From: a virus
Lineage: Duplodnaviria; Caudoviricetes
Direction: 5' to 3' (one strand)
DNA length: 61,347 nt
Virus record (IMG/VR): IMGVR_UViG_3300048599_000880
Span: 1 to 61,347 of that record
Below the pieces are notes generated by a model, which made no database searches, had not been told where the DNA came from, and worked only from the letters and a program-made list of their open reading frames with translations. Shown in pieces: positions 53,897 to 61,347 of this stretch. Each line of letters starts with the position of its first letter. The stretch's first letter is position 1. The position numbers and the translations under genes are program-made.

Positions 53897-54310
53897 ATGG
53901 AAACCACTGCCGAAGCCGCCACCGTCGAAGTCATGCCGCCAGCCGCCCCTTGGGAGGCTCTGCCTGATGGTGACTACTCCATCGTCGAGCTGATGGGACA
54001 CACCACCCTGGTCGGCCGCATCACCGAGGTCGAGCGCTTCGGAGCCAAGATGGCGGCAATCGAGGTCCTATTCAGCGGCCAGCTCCTGCCTGCGATCTTC
54101 CAAGGCGGCTCGTCTTTCTACCGGATGACGCCGTGCACGAAGCAGACGGCTTGGAAGAGCCAGCACACCGCGGATCGCATGTATTCGCTGCCGGCACCCA
54201 TCAAGGCGATCGTGCCCGCGGCATTGCTGCCAGCACCAGACAAAGTGACGGACGAGGACCGCGATCGGGCGATACGTCGCTCGTTCGATGACGAAGATCC
54301 CGAGTTCTGA
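53897..54310 (+). CDS. Hypothetical phage protein
   Basis: AAGGAG RBS; IVELMGH..LVGRITEVE motif. Confidence 0.7.
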   Translation: METTAEAATVEVMPPAAPWEALPDGDYSIVELMGHTTLVGRITEVERFGAKMAAIEVLFSGQLLPAIFQGGSSFYRMTPCTKQTAWKSQHTADRMYSLPAPIKAIVPAALLPAPDKVTDEDRDRAIRRSFDDEDPEF

Positions 54311-54437
54311 TCCTCAGCCCCACAGGACTCACCATGGCAGCGGGTAAGAAGAAGCATCCTTGGCTGACAATCATTTGCGGCGGCACTGGCTGGGCTTGGT
54401 CCTATCCCCGCCCAGCGCGGCGGAAGGAGAAGCGGCC

Positions 54438-54785
54438 TTGAGTGATATCAGCATGCGGACTTTCAGCGTGGAGAATAGAGCGCGCTGCGAATCACCCCGA
54501 GGCTTCAACCATGCCTTGTCGTCGTGGTCACTGTCGGACTGGATGACGGCGACGCTTGGCGAGTTAGGCGAGGCCGCCAACGTGGCCAAGAAGCTCAACC
54601 GTGTTCGAGACGGCATACCCGGAAACAAGCAGTCGCCGGAGGAACTGCAGGCCATGTTCGCGGATGAGCTGGCTGACGCCTACATTTACCTTGACCTGAT
54701 GGCGCAAGCTGCTGGCATCGACCTGCCCGCGGCTATCCGCAGCAAGTTCGACCGCAAGTCGGAAGAGATCGGGTACATCCCATGA
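54438..54785 (+). CDS. MazG-like nucleotide pyrophosphohydrolase
   Basis: GELGEAANVAKK and DELADAYIYL motifs; TTG start with AAGGAG RBS. Confidence 0.85.
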   Translation: MSDISMRTFSVENRARCESPRGFNHALSSWSLSDWMTATLGELGEAANVAKKLNRVRDGIPGNKQSPEELQAMFADELADAYIYLDLMAQAAGIDLPAAIRSKFDRKSEEIGYIP

Positions 54786-55210
54786 CCCCCTCCCCTGCCG
54801 CTTGCGCCGAGGGAATGGAAAAGACAGTGAAGTGGTTGACACACACCCTGTCGATTGAGCAGCGCCGCCATGCTGCATCTCGGCGAACGGTTCACGCGCA
54901 AGCCCGGCTTATCGAGGAGGCGCGGGAGATAGTGACGCTGTTTCTGTCCGACGATGCCCACGGATTTCCCAACTGCCCGATGCCGTCGCCCTATCGCGAC
55001 AAGGCCAAAGCCTTCCTCACCACCCTCCCCGCCAAGACAGCAGAGAGTCCACCAACGCGCGAAGAAATGCGCAGTGTGCTGGCGGCCGTCGCGAACGCCC
55101 ATCGCCTGATCCGCGGTGACTGCCCTGGTGCCGCCGGCGACGTGCTCCGCACCATCATGCAGAGCACATCGGCTTATCAGGTACCTGCGACGGAGCGTAC
55201 CGATGGCTGA
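54782..55210 (+). CDS. Hypothetical protein
   Basis: ATGA overlap with the MazG-like gene. Confidence 0.5.
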   Translation: MTPSPAACAEGMEKTVKWLTHTLSIEQRRHAASRRTVHAQARLIEEAREIVTLFLSDDAHGFPNCPMPSPYRDKAKAFLTTLPAKTAESPPTREEMRSVLAAVANAHRLIRGDCPGAAGDVLRTIMQSTSAYQVPATERTDG

Positions 55211-55214
55211 CGCC

Positions 55215-55508
55215 CTACCCCTGCCCGTACAGGTTCGCCAGGCGCGCTCGCAGCTCGGCCGTGGTGGCCATTCGGGCATCCGCCGGCAGCTCGGGCGTCA
55301 GGAAGATGTCGTCACGCTCGGCACGCAGCATCGTCCACTCGCCGTCGTGGTGGCGGTCGGCCTCGAGCTGGTCGAGCGCAATCGAGACGTAGTGCGATTC
55401 GCGGACGGTCGGTTCGCGTCCCTCCTGTTCGATCTTGGTAATCACTCGCCCGATACGCTGGGCGAGGTTTCGACGCGCCGTCTGCACGGCCTTGGGGGAC
55501 AGGGTCAT
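55215..55508 (-). CDS. Small opposite-strand protein (moron) in the early operon
   Basis: MTLSPKAVQTARRNLAQRIGRVI... has helical-protein composition. Its ATG overlaps the ATG of the next + gene. Confidence 0.5.
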   Translation of the reverse strand: MTLSPKAVQTARRNLAQRIGRVITKIEQEGREPTVRESHYVSIALDQLEADRHHDGEWTMLRAERDDIFLTPELPADARMATTAELRARLANLYGQG

Positions 55509-56244
55509 GGTTGAGCGACCGATACTGTTCAGCGGACCTATGGTCAAAGCGCAACTCGATGGCACGAAGACGCAGACGCGGCGTCTGCTGACACGCAACA
55601 ACACGACGGTGAACGGGGAGAGCTGGCGCGGAAAGACCTGCCCGTGGGAAGGATTGCGCCTCGACGAATCTATGGTGCGCGACACCAGTCCACTCTCGGG
55701 TCAGCGCGATCCGCACCTTGCAGTCCCGTTCTGCCATCCCAACGACGAGCCGGCGCCTTCGGACGAATGCGGCATCTATACCGTGCGGCCTGTTTTCGAG
55801 ATCGGCGATCGGCTCTGGGTTCGTGAGGCCTGGGCACGCACCAGCGTGGCGCCGATCGTCTCCACGATCGACAACCCCATCGTCGTCTATCGCGAGAGCG
55901 ACAGCCGCACTGACTACGGCGGCCCGTGGAAGCCCGGCATCCACATGCCGAGAGCGGCCTCGCGCCTGACGCTCACCGTCACCGATGTGCGCGTGCAGCG
56001 GCTGAACGAATGCAGCGAGGCTGATGCGCTATCCGAGGGCGTCGTATGGTCGGACCAGTGGCACGGCTACGTGGTGCCCGGCGTCGAGCACCCCAACAAA
56101 GATTTCCCGGTGCTGTCACGGCCGACGGCTCGCGAGATGTACGCAGCGCTTTGGGACGTCATCAACGGTTCGGGCGCTTGGCTGGCAAATCCGTGGGTCA
56201 TAGCCACGACATCAACCGTCGAGCAGCGGAACATCGACGCATGA
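55507..56244 (+). CDS. ASCH/PUA-like phage protein
   Basis: ERPILFSGPMV..DGTKTQTRR, GDRLWVRE, HMPRAASRL and NPWV motifs. Confidence 0.8.
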   Translation: MVERPILFSGPMVKAQLDGTKTQTRRLLTRNNTTVNGESWRGKTCPWEGLRLDESMVRDTSPLSGQRDPHLAVPFCHPNDEPAPSDECGIYTVRPVFEIGDRLWVREAWARTSVAPIVSTIDNPIVVYRESDSRTDYGGPWKPGIHMPRAASRLTLTVTDVRVQRLNECSEADALSEGVVWSDQWHGYVVPGVEHPNKDFPVLSRPTAREMYAALWDVINGSGAWLANPWVIATTSTVEQRNIDA

Positions 56245-56504
56245 TGACCGACCGCCAAATCGACCTCGCCCGCCACGCGCTGGGCTTGCGGGAAACCCGC
56301 CTGATCTCCTATCGCAATCACTTCTGCGCCGGTCCTGGTCACGACGACTTCGCCGAATGGGAAGCAATGGTTGCCGCCGGCTTCGCCTGGAAGCGCGAGA
56401 GCAAGGTGCTGCCGCCGGGTGACGTCATGTTCCACCTCACCCGCGACGGCGCCAACCAGGCGCTGAAGCCTGGCGATGTTCTGGACCCGGAGGATTGGCC
56501 ATGA
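56241..56504 (+). CDS. Hypothetical phage protein
   Basis: LARHALGL...SYRNHF motif; ATGA overlap. Confidence 0.7.
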   Translation: MMTDRQIDLARHALGLRETRLISYRNHFCAGPGHDDFAEWEAMVAAGFAWKRESKVLPPGDVMFHLTRDGANQALKPGDVLDPEDWP

Positions 56505-56986
56505 TGGCTGAAGCCGATCTCGCGGTCATCGAAAGCGTCGAGCCCGACGACCCACGCGACCGTTGCCCGAAGTGCGGCGGCGGCAGCGTAGCACGGGCGA
56601 AGGTGAAGCCCGGCACCTTCAAGGGCTACGGGCCGCTCATCGCTGTTTGCAAGTCCTGCAAGGCGCTGTGGGAGGCCATCGACCACGATCTCATCTGGGA
56701 TCCCGATGACCCGCTCTGTGCGTTCTCGGATCCCTGTGACAATTGCGCATTCCGTCCGGGCTCTAAGGAGCAACGGGACAAGGAGGAATGGGCGGCAATC
56801 AAAAGGAATGTCGAGACGAGTGGCGGCTTCTATTGCCACAAGGGCGTGCCGATCGAGGCCGGCGCCAAGCATGGCTTCGCGTACCCACATGCCGCCGACG
56901 GCAAGCCCGAGTTCAAGAAGCTCCGTTACTGCCGCGGATGGCTCAATGCTTGGGGCGCCAAGATGGACAAGGAACCGGCAGCATGA
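56501..56986 (+). CDS. Cys-rich zinc-binding protein
   Basis: CPKC, CKSC, CDNCAFRPGS, FYCH and CRGW motifs. Confidence 0.7.
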   Translation: MMAEADLAVIESVEPDDPRDRCPKCGGGSVARAKVKPGTFKGYGPLIAVCKSCKALWEAIDHDLIWDPDDPLCAFSDPCDNCAFRPGSKEQRDKEEWAAIKRNVETSGGFYCHKGVPIEAGAKHGFAYPHAADGKPEFKKLRYCRGWLNAWGAKMDKEPAA

Positions 56987-57135
56987 TCGCCGGCCCCTGG
57001 GCAGACCGAGCCGAGTACGAGATTTGGTGGAAGCTCAACGTCCGGGCCCTGAACCGCCTCGCCGTCACCGATCCTCGCGAGTACGAGCGCGTCTCGCGAG
57101 TGATCGAGGATTTCAATGCAGGGCATCCGCAATGA
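56983..57135 (+). CDS. Hypothetical small protein
   Basis: ATGA overlaps at both ends. Confidence 0.5.
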   Translation: MIAGPWADRAEYEIWWKLNVRALNRLAVTDPREYERVSRVIEDFNAGHPQ

Positions 57136-57431
57136 GCGCCTACGCCACCCCTCTCGACGATCCCCTCGGCACGCTCACGTCCGCGGAAGTCAGCACGCTC
57201 GTCTTCAAGAAGCGGCCGGGCTGGTTCGGCCGGGACATCGTCAGAAAACGCCTTTATTCCCGCGGTTTTCCACATCCGATTGAGCGGGGTATCTGGTCGG
57301 CTGCGGCGATCAAATCCTGGCTGGAAACCGCCGGAAGCAACCCCAATCGCGTCGTGCCGAAGGCCCCGCCTGTGCGCAAACCTACGCCGCGGAGACGGCC
57401 CAACGGTTACGCTCAGGTCTCCCCGCATTGA
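57132..57431 (+). CDS. xis: Excisionase (AlpA/Xis-like)
   Basis: LTSAEV...GFPHP...W....IKSW winged-helix motif; directly upstream of int. Confidence 0.7.
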   Translation: MSAYATPLDDPLGTLTSAEVSTLVFKKRPGWFGRDIVRKRLYSRGFPHPIERGIWSAAAIKSWLETAGSNPNRVVPKAPPVRKPTPRRRPNGYAQVSPH

Positions 57432-57481
57432 CCCGCCGCCACACCATCGGGCAGCCTCCCCTACAGGGGGAGGAACAGGAT

Positions 57482-58813
57482 ATGGCCACCGTGAAGGTGC
57501 TCTATCTGGTTACGCATGAGAACAAGGATGGGACGCAGCGGCACTACTTCGCGCCGCGACAGGACGACCGCAAGCACGGCTGGGCAACGGTTCGCCTGCA
57601 TGATCAGCAAGGGCGCCCGATCCGCGACGAATTGAAAGCCGCTGATGCCTGTAGAGCTGTGACGGAAATCTACACCAGATGGCGTTCCGGCGAGCCCGGC
57701 TTCGGCCCTCACATGGTCGACCAGCTCGGCCGACCGGTGAAGGAACAGGTAGCGCAGGGGACCGTCCTCGCCAGTGGCGAAGGGCCGAAGGTGTATCTAC
57801 CCGGCCAGATCGGCGCGATGGTCGCCGACTTCTTGGACCACAAGATCTTCAAGGAAGAACTCAGCGAGAAGACACAGTACGAGTACAGGGTCTATCTCGG
57901 TCTGTTCGTCGAGAAGTTCGGGACGAGCTACTGGAGGCGATTGGCGCCTGGCCCTGCACGAGAGTGGTTTCAGGAGCGTGCCAAGGCCGGTGGCGGTGCC
58001 GGAGCTCACGCCCTCTACCGCGTCGCAAGGGCGTTCCTAGGCAAGATCAGGCTTTGCTACGACAGCGTCGATCATCCGGGGTTCGTGCCCGAGAACGAGA
58101 ACCCGCTGATTGGGCTCGATCTCGGCATACCGCGATCACCAATCATCATCTGGCCGCGCGGCGCCATCCAGGCGTTCGTCGAGCTTGCCGACAACGACGG
58201 CCAACCGTCGATCGGCGATGCCATGATCATGATGAGCTGGCTGGGAGTGCGCCGGCAGGACTGGCTGCACTGGCCGGCCGATATATTCGATCGCCCCCTG
58301 ATCGCATTCGCGCAGGAGAAGACCGACGTTCCGAACGTTCTGCCCTGGTCGATGGTGCCCGAACTCGTCGACCGCGTGAATGCCGCCAAGGCACGACGAG
58401 AGGCCTCGACCATCACGGCGACGACCTTCTTCCACGATCGCAACGGACTGCCCTGGAAGGACGACAAGGCGTTTCGGCGCGCGTTCAATCGACTGCGTGA
58501 GAAGCTGCGCCTGCAGTACGGCAACTTCTCTACCACCTATTACGTCGGGTTGATCGAACACGACCCGCTGGCGGTACCGACGTCCGAACTCACCATGCGT
58601 CTCGTGCGCCATACCTGCGTCACGCTCAACTTCGATGCCGGTGTGCCACCTGATCTCATTCGAGGGATCACCGGGCACAGCGCCGAAGAGATCAACGAAA
58701 TCTTGCGCTACTACCGAGCGCGTACATCGGACCAGGCGGCGGCCGCATTGCAGTGGCGACTAGATGCCGAAGCGAAGCGTCGCGAGAAGGAGGAGAAAGA
58801 GGCGAACGGGTGA
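57482..58813 (+). CDS. int: Tyrosine integrase
   Basis: WLGVRRQD, VRHT, ITGH and RYY catalytic motifs; GAGGA RBS; adjacent to att. Confidence 0.93.
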   Translation: MATVKVLYLVTHENKDGTQRHYFAPRQDDRKHGWATVRLHDQQGRPIRDELKAADACRAVTEIYTRWRSGEPGFGPHMVDQLGRPVKEQVAQGTVLASGEGPKVYLPGQIGAMVADFLDHKIFKEELSEKTQYEYRVYLGLFVEKFGTSYWRRLAPGPAREWFQERAKAGGGAGAHALYRVARAFLGKIRLCYDSVDHPGFVPENENPLIGLDLGIPRSPIIIWPRGAIQAFVELADNDGQPSIGDAMIMMSWLGVRRQDWLHWPADIFDRPLIAFAQEKTDVPNVLPWSMVPELVDRVNAAKARREASTITATTFFHDRNGLPWKDDKAFRRAFNRLREKLRLQYGNFSTTYYVGLIEHDPLAVPTSELTMRLVRHTCVTLNFDAGVPPDLIRGITGHSAEEINEILRYYRARTSDQAAAALQWRLDAEAKRREKEEKEANG

Positions 58814-58814
58814 T

Positions 58815-58854
58815 TTGTTGCACGCCTGGAGACGTGCAACTGAAACATGCAACA
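58815..58854. promoter_or_regulatory. Candidate integrase arm-type sites
   Basis: TTGTTGCACGCCTG (compare TTGTTGCATGCCTG at 2845), plus inverted GTGCAAC and ATGCAACA. Confidence 0.6.
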
Positions 58855-58923
58855 AAAGCCACGTTCCGTTCTCGCCTGTGAGATACTGAAGAAGCGGCCT
58901 AAATTCAAGCGGGTGTGGATTTT

Positions 58924-58982
58924 ACGATGGTGCCCCCGGTCGGACTCGAACCAACACTTCCGTGAGGAAACCTGATTTTGAG
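58924..58982 (+). repeat. Right att core (59 bp) overlapping the tRNA 3' half
   Basis: Identical to 2692..2750. Confidence 0.97.
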
Positions 58983-59014
58983 TCAGGCGCGTCTACCAAT
59001 TCCGCCACGGGGGC
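58928..59014 (-). tRNA. tRNA-Leu(CAA)
   Basis: GCCCCCG/CGGGGGC acceptor stem plus ACCA; D-loop GGAATTGGTAGAC; anticodon arm CCTGA-CTCAAAA-TCAGG; long variable arm; GTTCGAGTC; 87 nt. Confidence 0.97.
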
Positions 59015-59134
59015 ACACTGTTGTGCGCGGAGGGGAATAAAGCCGAAGGGCGGAACCGGGTCAACGCTTGCGGTGGGTTTCTTCCTCCGGTTTTATGGGG
59101 CTCCATCAAGAAACGCCGCCGGAGGAAGTTCAGA

Positions 59135-60676
59135 GTGCATCCGTACATCCACGCCCAGACGAATCCTGACAAACCAGCCTATGTCATGGCCGGCAGCGGC
59201 GAGGTGGTGACCTACCGGCAGCTCGACCAACAATCCAACCGCATCGCGCAACTGTTTCGCTCGCTGGGCCTGAAGGCCGGCGACCATATCGCGCTCTTCC
59301 TCGAAAATAATCCGCGTTTCTTCGAGATTTGCTGGGGCGCCCAGCGCTCGGGCCTGATCTACACGGCGATCAGCTCGCGGCTGACGGCGGCCGAGGTCGA
59401 CTACATCGTGACCGATTGCGGCGCGAAACTCTTCATCACCTCCAAGTATCTGGCCGAAAAGGCCACCGAGCTAGGGCCGCTCCTCAAGGGCGTTGCCGAC
59501 CGCTTCATGATCGACGGCATCATCGCCGGCTACAAATCCTGGGAGGAGACAGTCGCGACCTTCCCGGCGACGCCGATCGCCGACCAGACGGCCGGCCATG
59601 ACATGCTCTATTCGTCGGGCACCACAGGACGACCCAAAGGTGTGATGCCGGTTGTCGAGCCACAGGCGATCGACTTCGACAATCCGCTGCTCGCCATCTC
59701 CCGCAAGCTCTACGGCATCGATGCCGATACGATCTATCTCTCGCCGGCGCCGCTCTATCACGCGGCTCCTCTGCGCTTCAACATGAGCGTCATGCGGCTC
59801 GGCGGCACCTCGATCATCATGGAGAACTTCGACGCCGAGGCGTTCCTGAAGCTGGTGCCCAAACACAAGATCACGCACACCCAGGTCGTGCCGACCATGT
59901 TCGTGCGTTTCCTCAAGCTGCCCGAAGACGTGCGCACGAAGCACGACATGTCCTCGCTCAAGTGTGCGATCCATGCCGCCGCGCCCTGCCCCATTCCGAC
60001 CAAGGAGGCGATGATCGGCTGGTGGGGACCGATCATCTGGGAATATTACGGTGGCACCGAAGGCAATGGCCTCACCATGTGCAATGCCCAGGAATGGATG
60101 GCGCACAAGGGCACGGTCGGCCGCGCCGTCGTCGGCAAGCTCAAGATCTGCGACGACGAAGGGAACGAGTTGCCGATGGGCGAATCGGGCACCGTCTATT
60201 TCGCGGAAGGCCGGCCATTCGAGTATCATAACGATCCGAAGAAGACCCAGGAGTCGCGCCATCCGCTCGGATGGACCACCCTGGGCGACGTAGGTTACGT
60301 CGACAGCGACGGCTTCCTGCATCTCACCGACCGCAAGGCGTTCATGATCATTTCCGGCGGCGTGAACATCTACCCGCAGGAATGCGAGAACCTCCTCATC
60401 AACCATCCCAAGGTGATCGACTGCGCGGTGTTCGGCGTGCCCAACGACGAGTTCGGCGAGGAAGTGAAGGCCGTCGTCCAGCCACAGAACATGGCAGAGG
60501 CTGGTCCGGCACTGGCGGAGGAACTGATCGCCTATTGCAGGCAGCACCTCTCGGCGATCAAGTGTCCGCGCAGCATCGACTTCGAACCCGAATTGCCGCG
60601 TCATCCCACGGGCAAGCTCTACAAGCGGCTGCTGCGCGACCGCTACTGGCAAGGCCGCACGAGCAAGATCGCCTAG
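59135..60676 (+). CDS. Acyl-CoA synthetase (AMP-binding), host gene
   Basis: YSSGTTGRPKG, YGGTEG, TLGD, DRKAFMIISGG and TGKL motifs; GTG start with GGAGGA RBS. Confidence 0.95.
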   Translation: MHPYIHAQTNPDKPAYVMAGSGEVVTYRQLDQQSNRIAQLFRSLGLKAGDHIALFLENNPRFFEICWGAQRSGLIYTAISSRLTAAEVDYIVTDCGAKLFITSKYLAEKATELGPLLKGVADRFMIDGIIAGYKSWEETVATFPATPIADQTAGHDMLYSSGTTGRPKGVMPVVEPQAIDFDNPLLAISRKLYGIDADTIYLSPAPLYHAAPLRFNMSVMRLGGTSIIMENFDAEAFLKLVPKHKITHTQVVPTMFVRFLKLPEDVRTKHDMSSLKCAIHAAAPCPIPTKEAMIGWWGPIIWEYYGGTEGNGLTMCNAQEWMAHKGTVGRAVVGKLKICDDEGNELPMGESGTVYFAEGRPFEYHNDPKKTQESRHPLGWTTLGDVGYVDSDGFLHLTDRKAFMIISGGVNIYPQECENLLINHPKVIDCAVFGVPNDEFGEEVKAVVQPQNMAEAGPALAEELIAYCRQHLSAIKCPRSIDFEPELPRHPTGKLYKRLLRDRYWQGRTSKIA

Positions 60677-60708
60677 GTATCGCGAGGCTGTCGCGTTGAT
60701 GCGGGAGC

Positions 60709-61347
60709 TTACGCGCCTCCCGCCGACGCCTGCCATCGCGGCATCGCCAGCGTCTCGGCGTAGTTGGTGAACATGAGATTGAACGCGATGCTGATGCGTT
60801 CGGAATTGCTCTCGTTTGAAGGAACGTGGTGCCGCAGCCACGGCGGGAACATCACCATGCGGCCGGGCTGGGGCTGCGCGACCGAGGCGTTGGCGGTCAT
60901 GCGGCTGGGCTTGCCGCTCCACGGCATGATCGAGATCGGCCGCGGATCCTGGAAGACGAGGTCCGTGCCACTCCCCGGTGCGTCGACGTAGTAGACGCCG
61001 CTCAGGAAATTGTTCGGGTGGTTGTGCGTGGGATGATAGCTGCCGGGTGGATTCACGTTGGCCCAGCAGCCTGTGATCATCATTGGAAAGCGTTCGAACT
61101 GAAGGTATTCCGCCACGCTCTTCGAGGCGATCTCGATCAGCTTGGCCAAGTCGGCGAAGGCCGGCCGCGTATGCAGATCGTGCGGTGTCTGCCAGTTGCT
61201 GCCGCTCGGCACATGAGGGCGTGGCGAGATGATCTTCTCGATCTCGGCCCTGAGCGTGGCATTGCAGGGCGCGGCGTCGGCCGGGAGGATATCGAGGATC
61301 CAGAGCAGTGTTGGGAAGAGTTCCTGAACCTGCTGCCTGATCTTCAT
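60709..61347 (-). CDS. Putative 2OG-Fe(II) oxygenase (TIGR02466-like), host gene
   Basis: LFPT, WANVN, H.HPN..LSGVYY, DPR, L.H.V and RISIAFN motifs. Confidence 0.88.
   Translation of the reverse strand: MKIRQQVQELFPTLLWILDILPADAAPCNATLRAEIEKIISPRPHVPSGSNWQTPHDLHTRPAFADLAKLIEIASKSVAEYLQFERFPMMITGCWANVNPPGSYHPTHNHPNNFLSGVYYVDAPGSGTDLVFQDPRPISIMPWSGKPSRMTANASVAQPQPGRMVMFPPWLRHHVPSNESNSERISIAFNLMFTNYAETLAMPRWQASAGGA

Larger units (their letters stand above)
2692..58982. mobile_element. Temperate siphovirus-like prophage (~56.2 kb) integrated in tRNA-Leu(CAA)
   Basis: 59-bp flanking direct repeats, with integrase next to the tRNA. Immunity, replication, packaging, head, tail and lysis modules are present with no disruption seen. 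Confidence 0.96.

Noticed and set aside
59471-60922. 483-aa - strand ORF
   Set aside because: It is antisense to the acyl-CoA synthetase.
1-61347. CRISPR array or cas genes
   Set aside because: No regularly spaced repeat-spacer array or Cas motifs were seen. The operator and GGAT hairpin repeats are too short and irregular.

Overview
The window holds an apparently complete ~56.2 kb temperate siphovirus-type prophage in a GC-rich host. Gene content suggests an alphaproteobacterium, but this is inference. The prophage is integrated in a tRNA-Leu(CAA) gene. The intact tRNA lies at 58928..59014 (-), and an identical 59-bp att core occurs at 2692..2750 and 58924..58982. From right to left: integrase and excisionase; an early operon (+ strand) with HNH, RecE-like exonuclease, a candidate annealing protein, SMC-like ATPase, HAD phosphatase, DnaQ exonuclease, J-domain, DUF5131 and MazG genes; a cI/cro switch with five related operators; replication, methylase and resolvase genes; terminase, portal, scaffold and P22-like coat; a long non-contractile tail with a programmed -1 frameshift and a beta-helix tailspike; a lysis cassette with two different endolysins; and a moron region (GSCFA hydrolase, Abi-alpha-like protein, lipoprotein, SRAP, zinc-ribbon proteins). 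Left of the att site is the remnant of an older element at the same tRNA, with an N-truncated paralogous integrase and a frameshifted Dam-like methylase. Host genes (acyl-CoA synthetase, 2OG-Fe(II) oxygenase) flank the right end. The main unexplained signals are: a duplicated, covarying GGAU-tetraloop RNA motif in the scaffold and coat leaders; antisense mini-genes nested in operons and spanned by translationally coupled bridge ORFs; a 24-bp palindrome repeated 35 kb apart; a GSCFA gene paired with the tailspike; and a GP88-like Fe-S gene coupled to a helicase-methylase fusion. All family names come from motif recognition by eye; no database searches were run.
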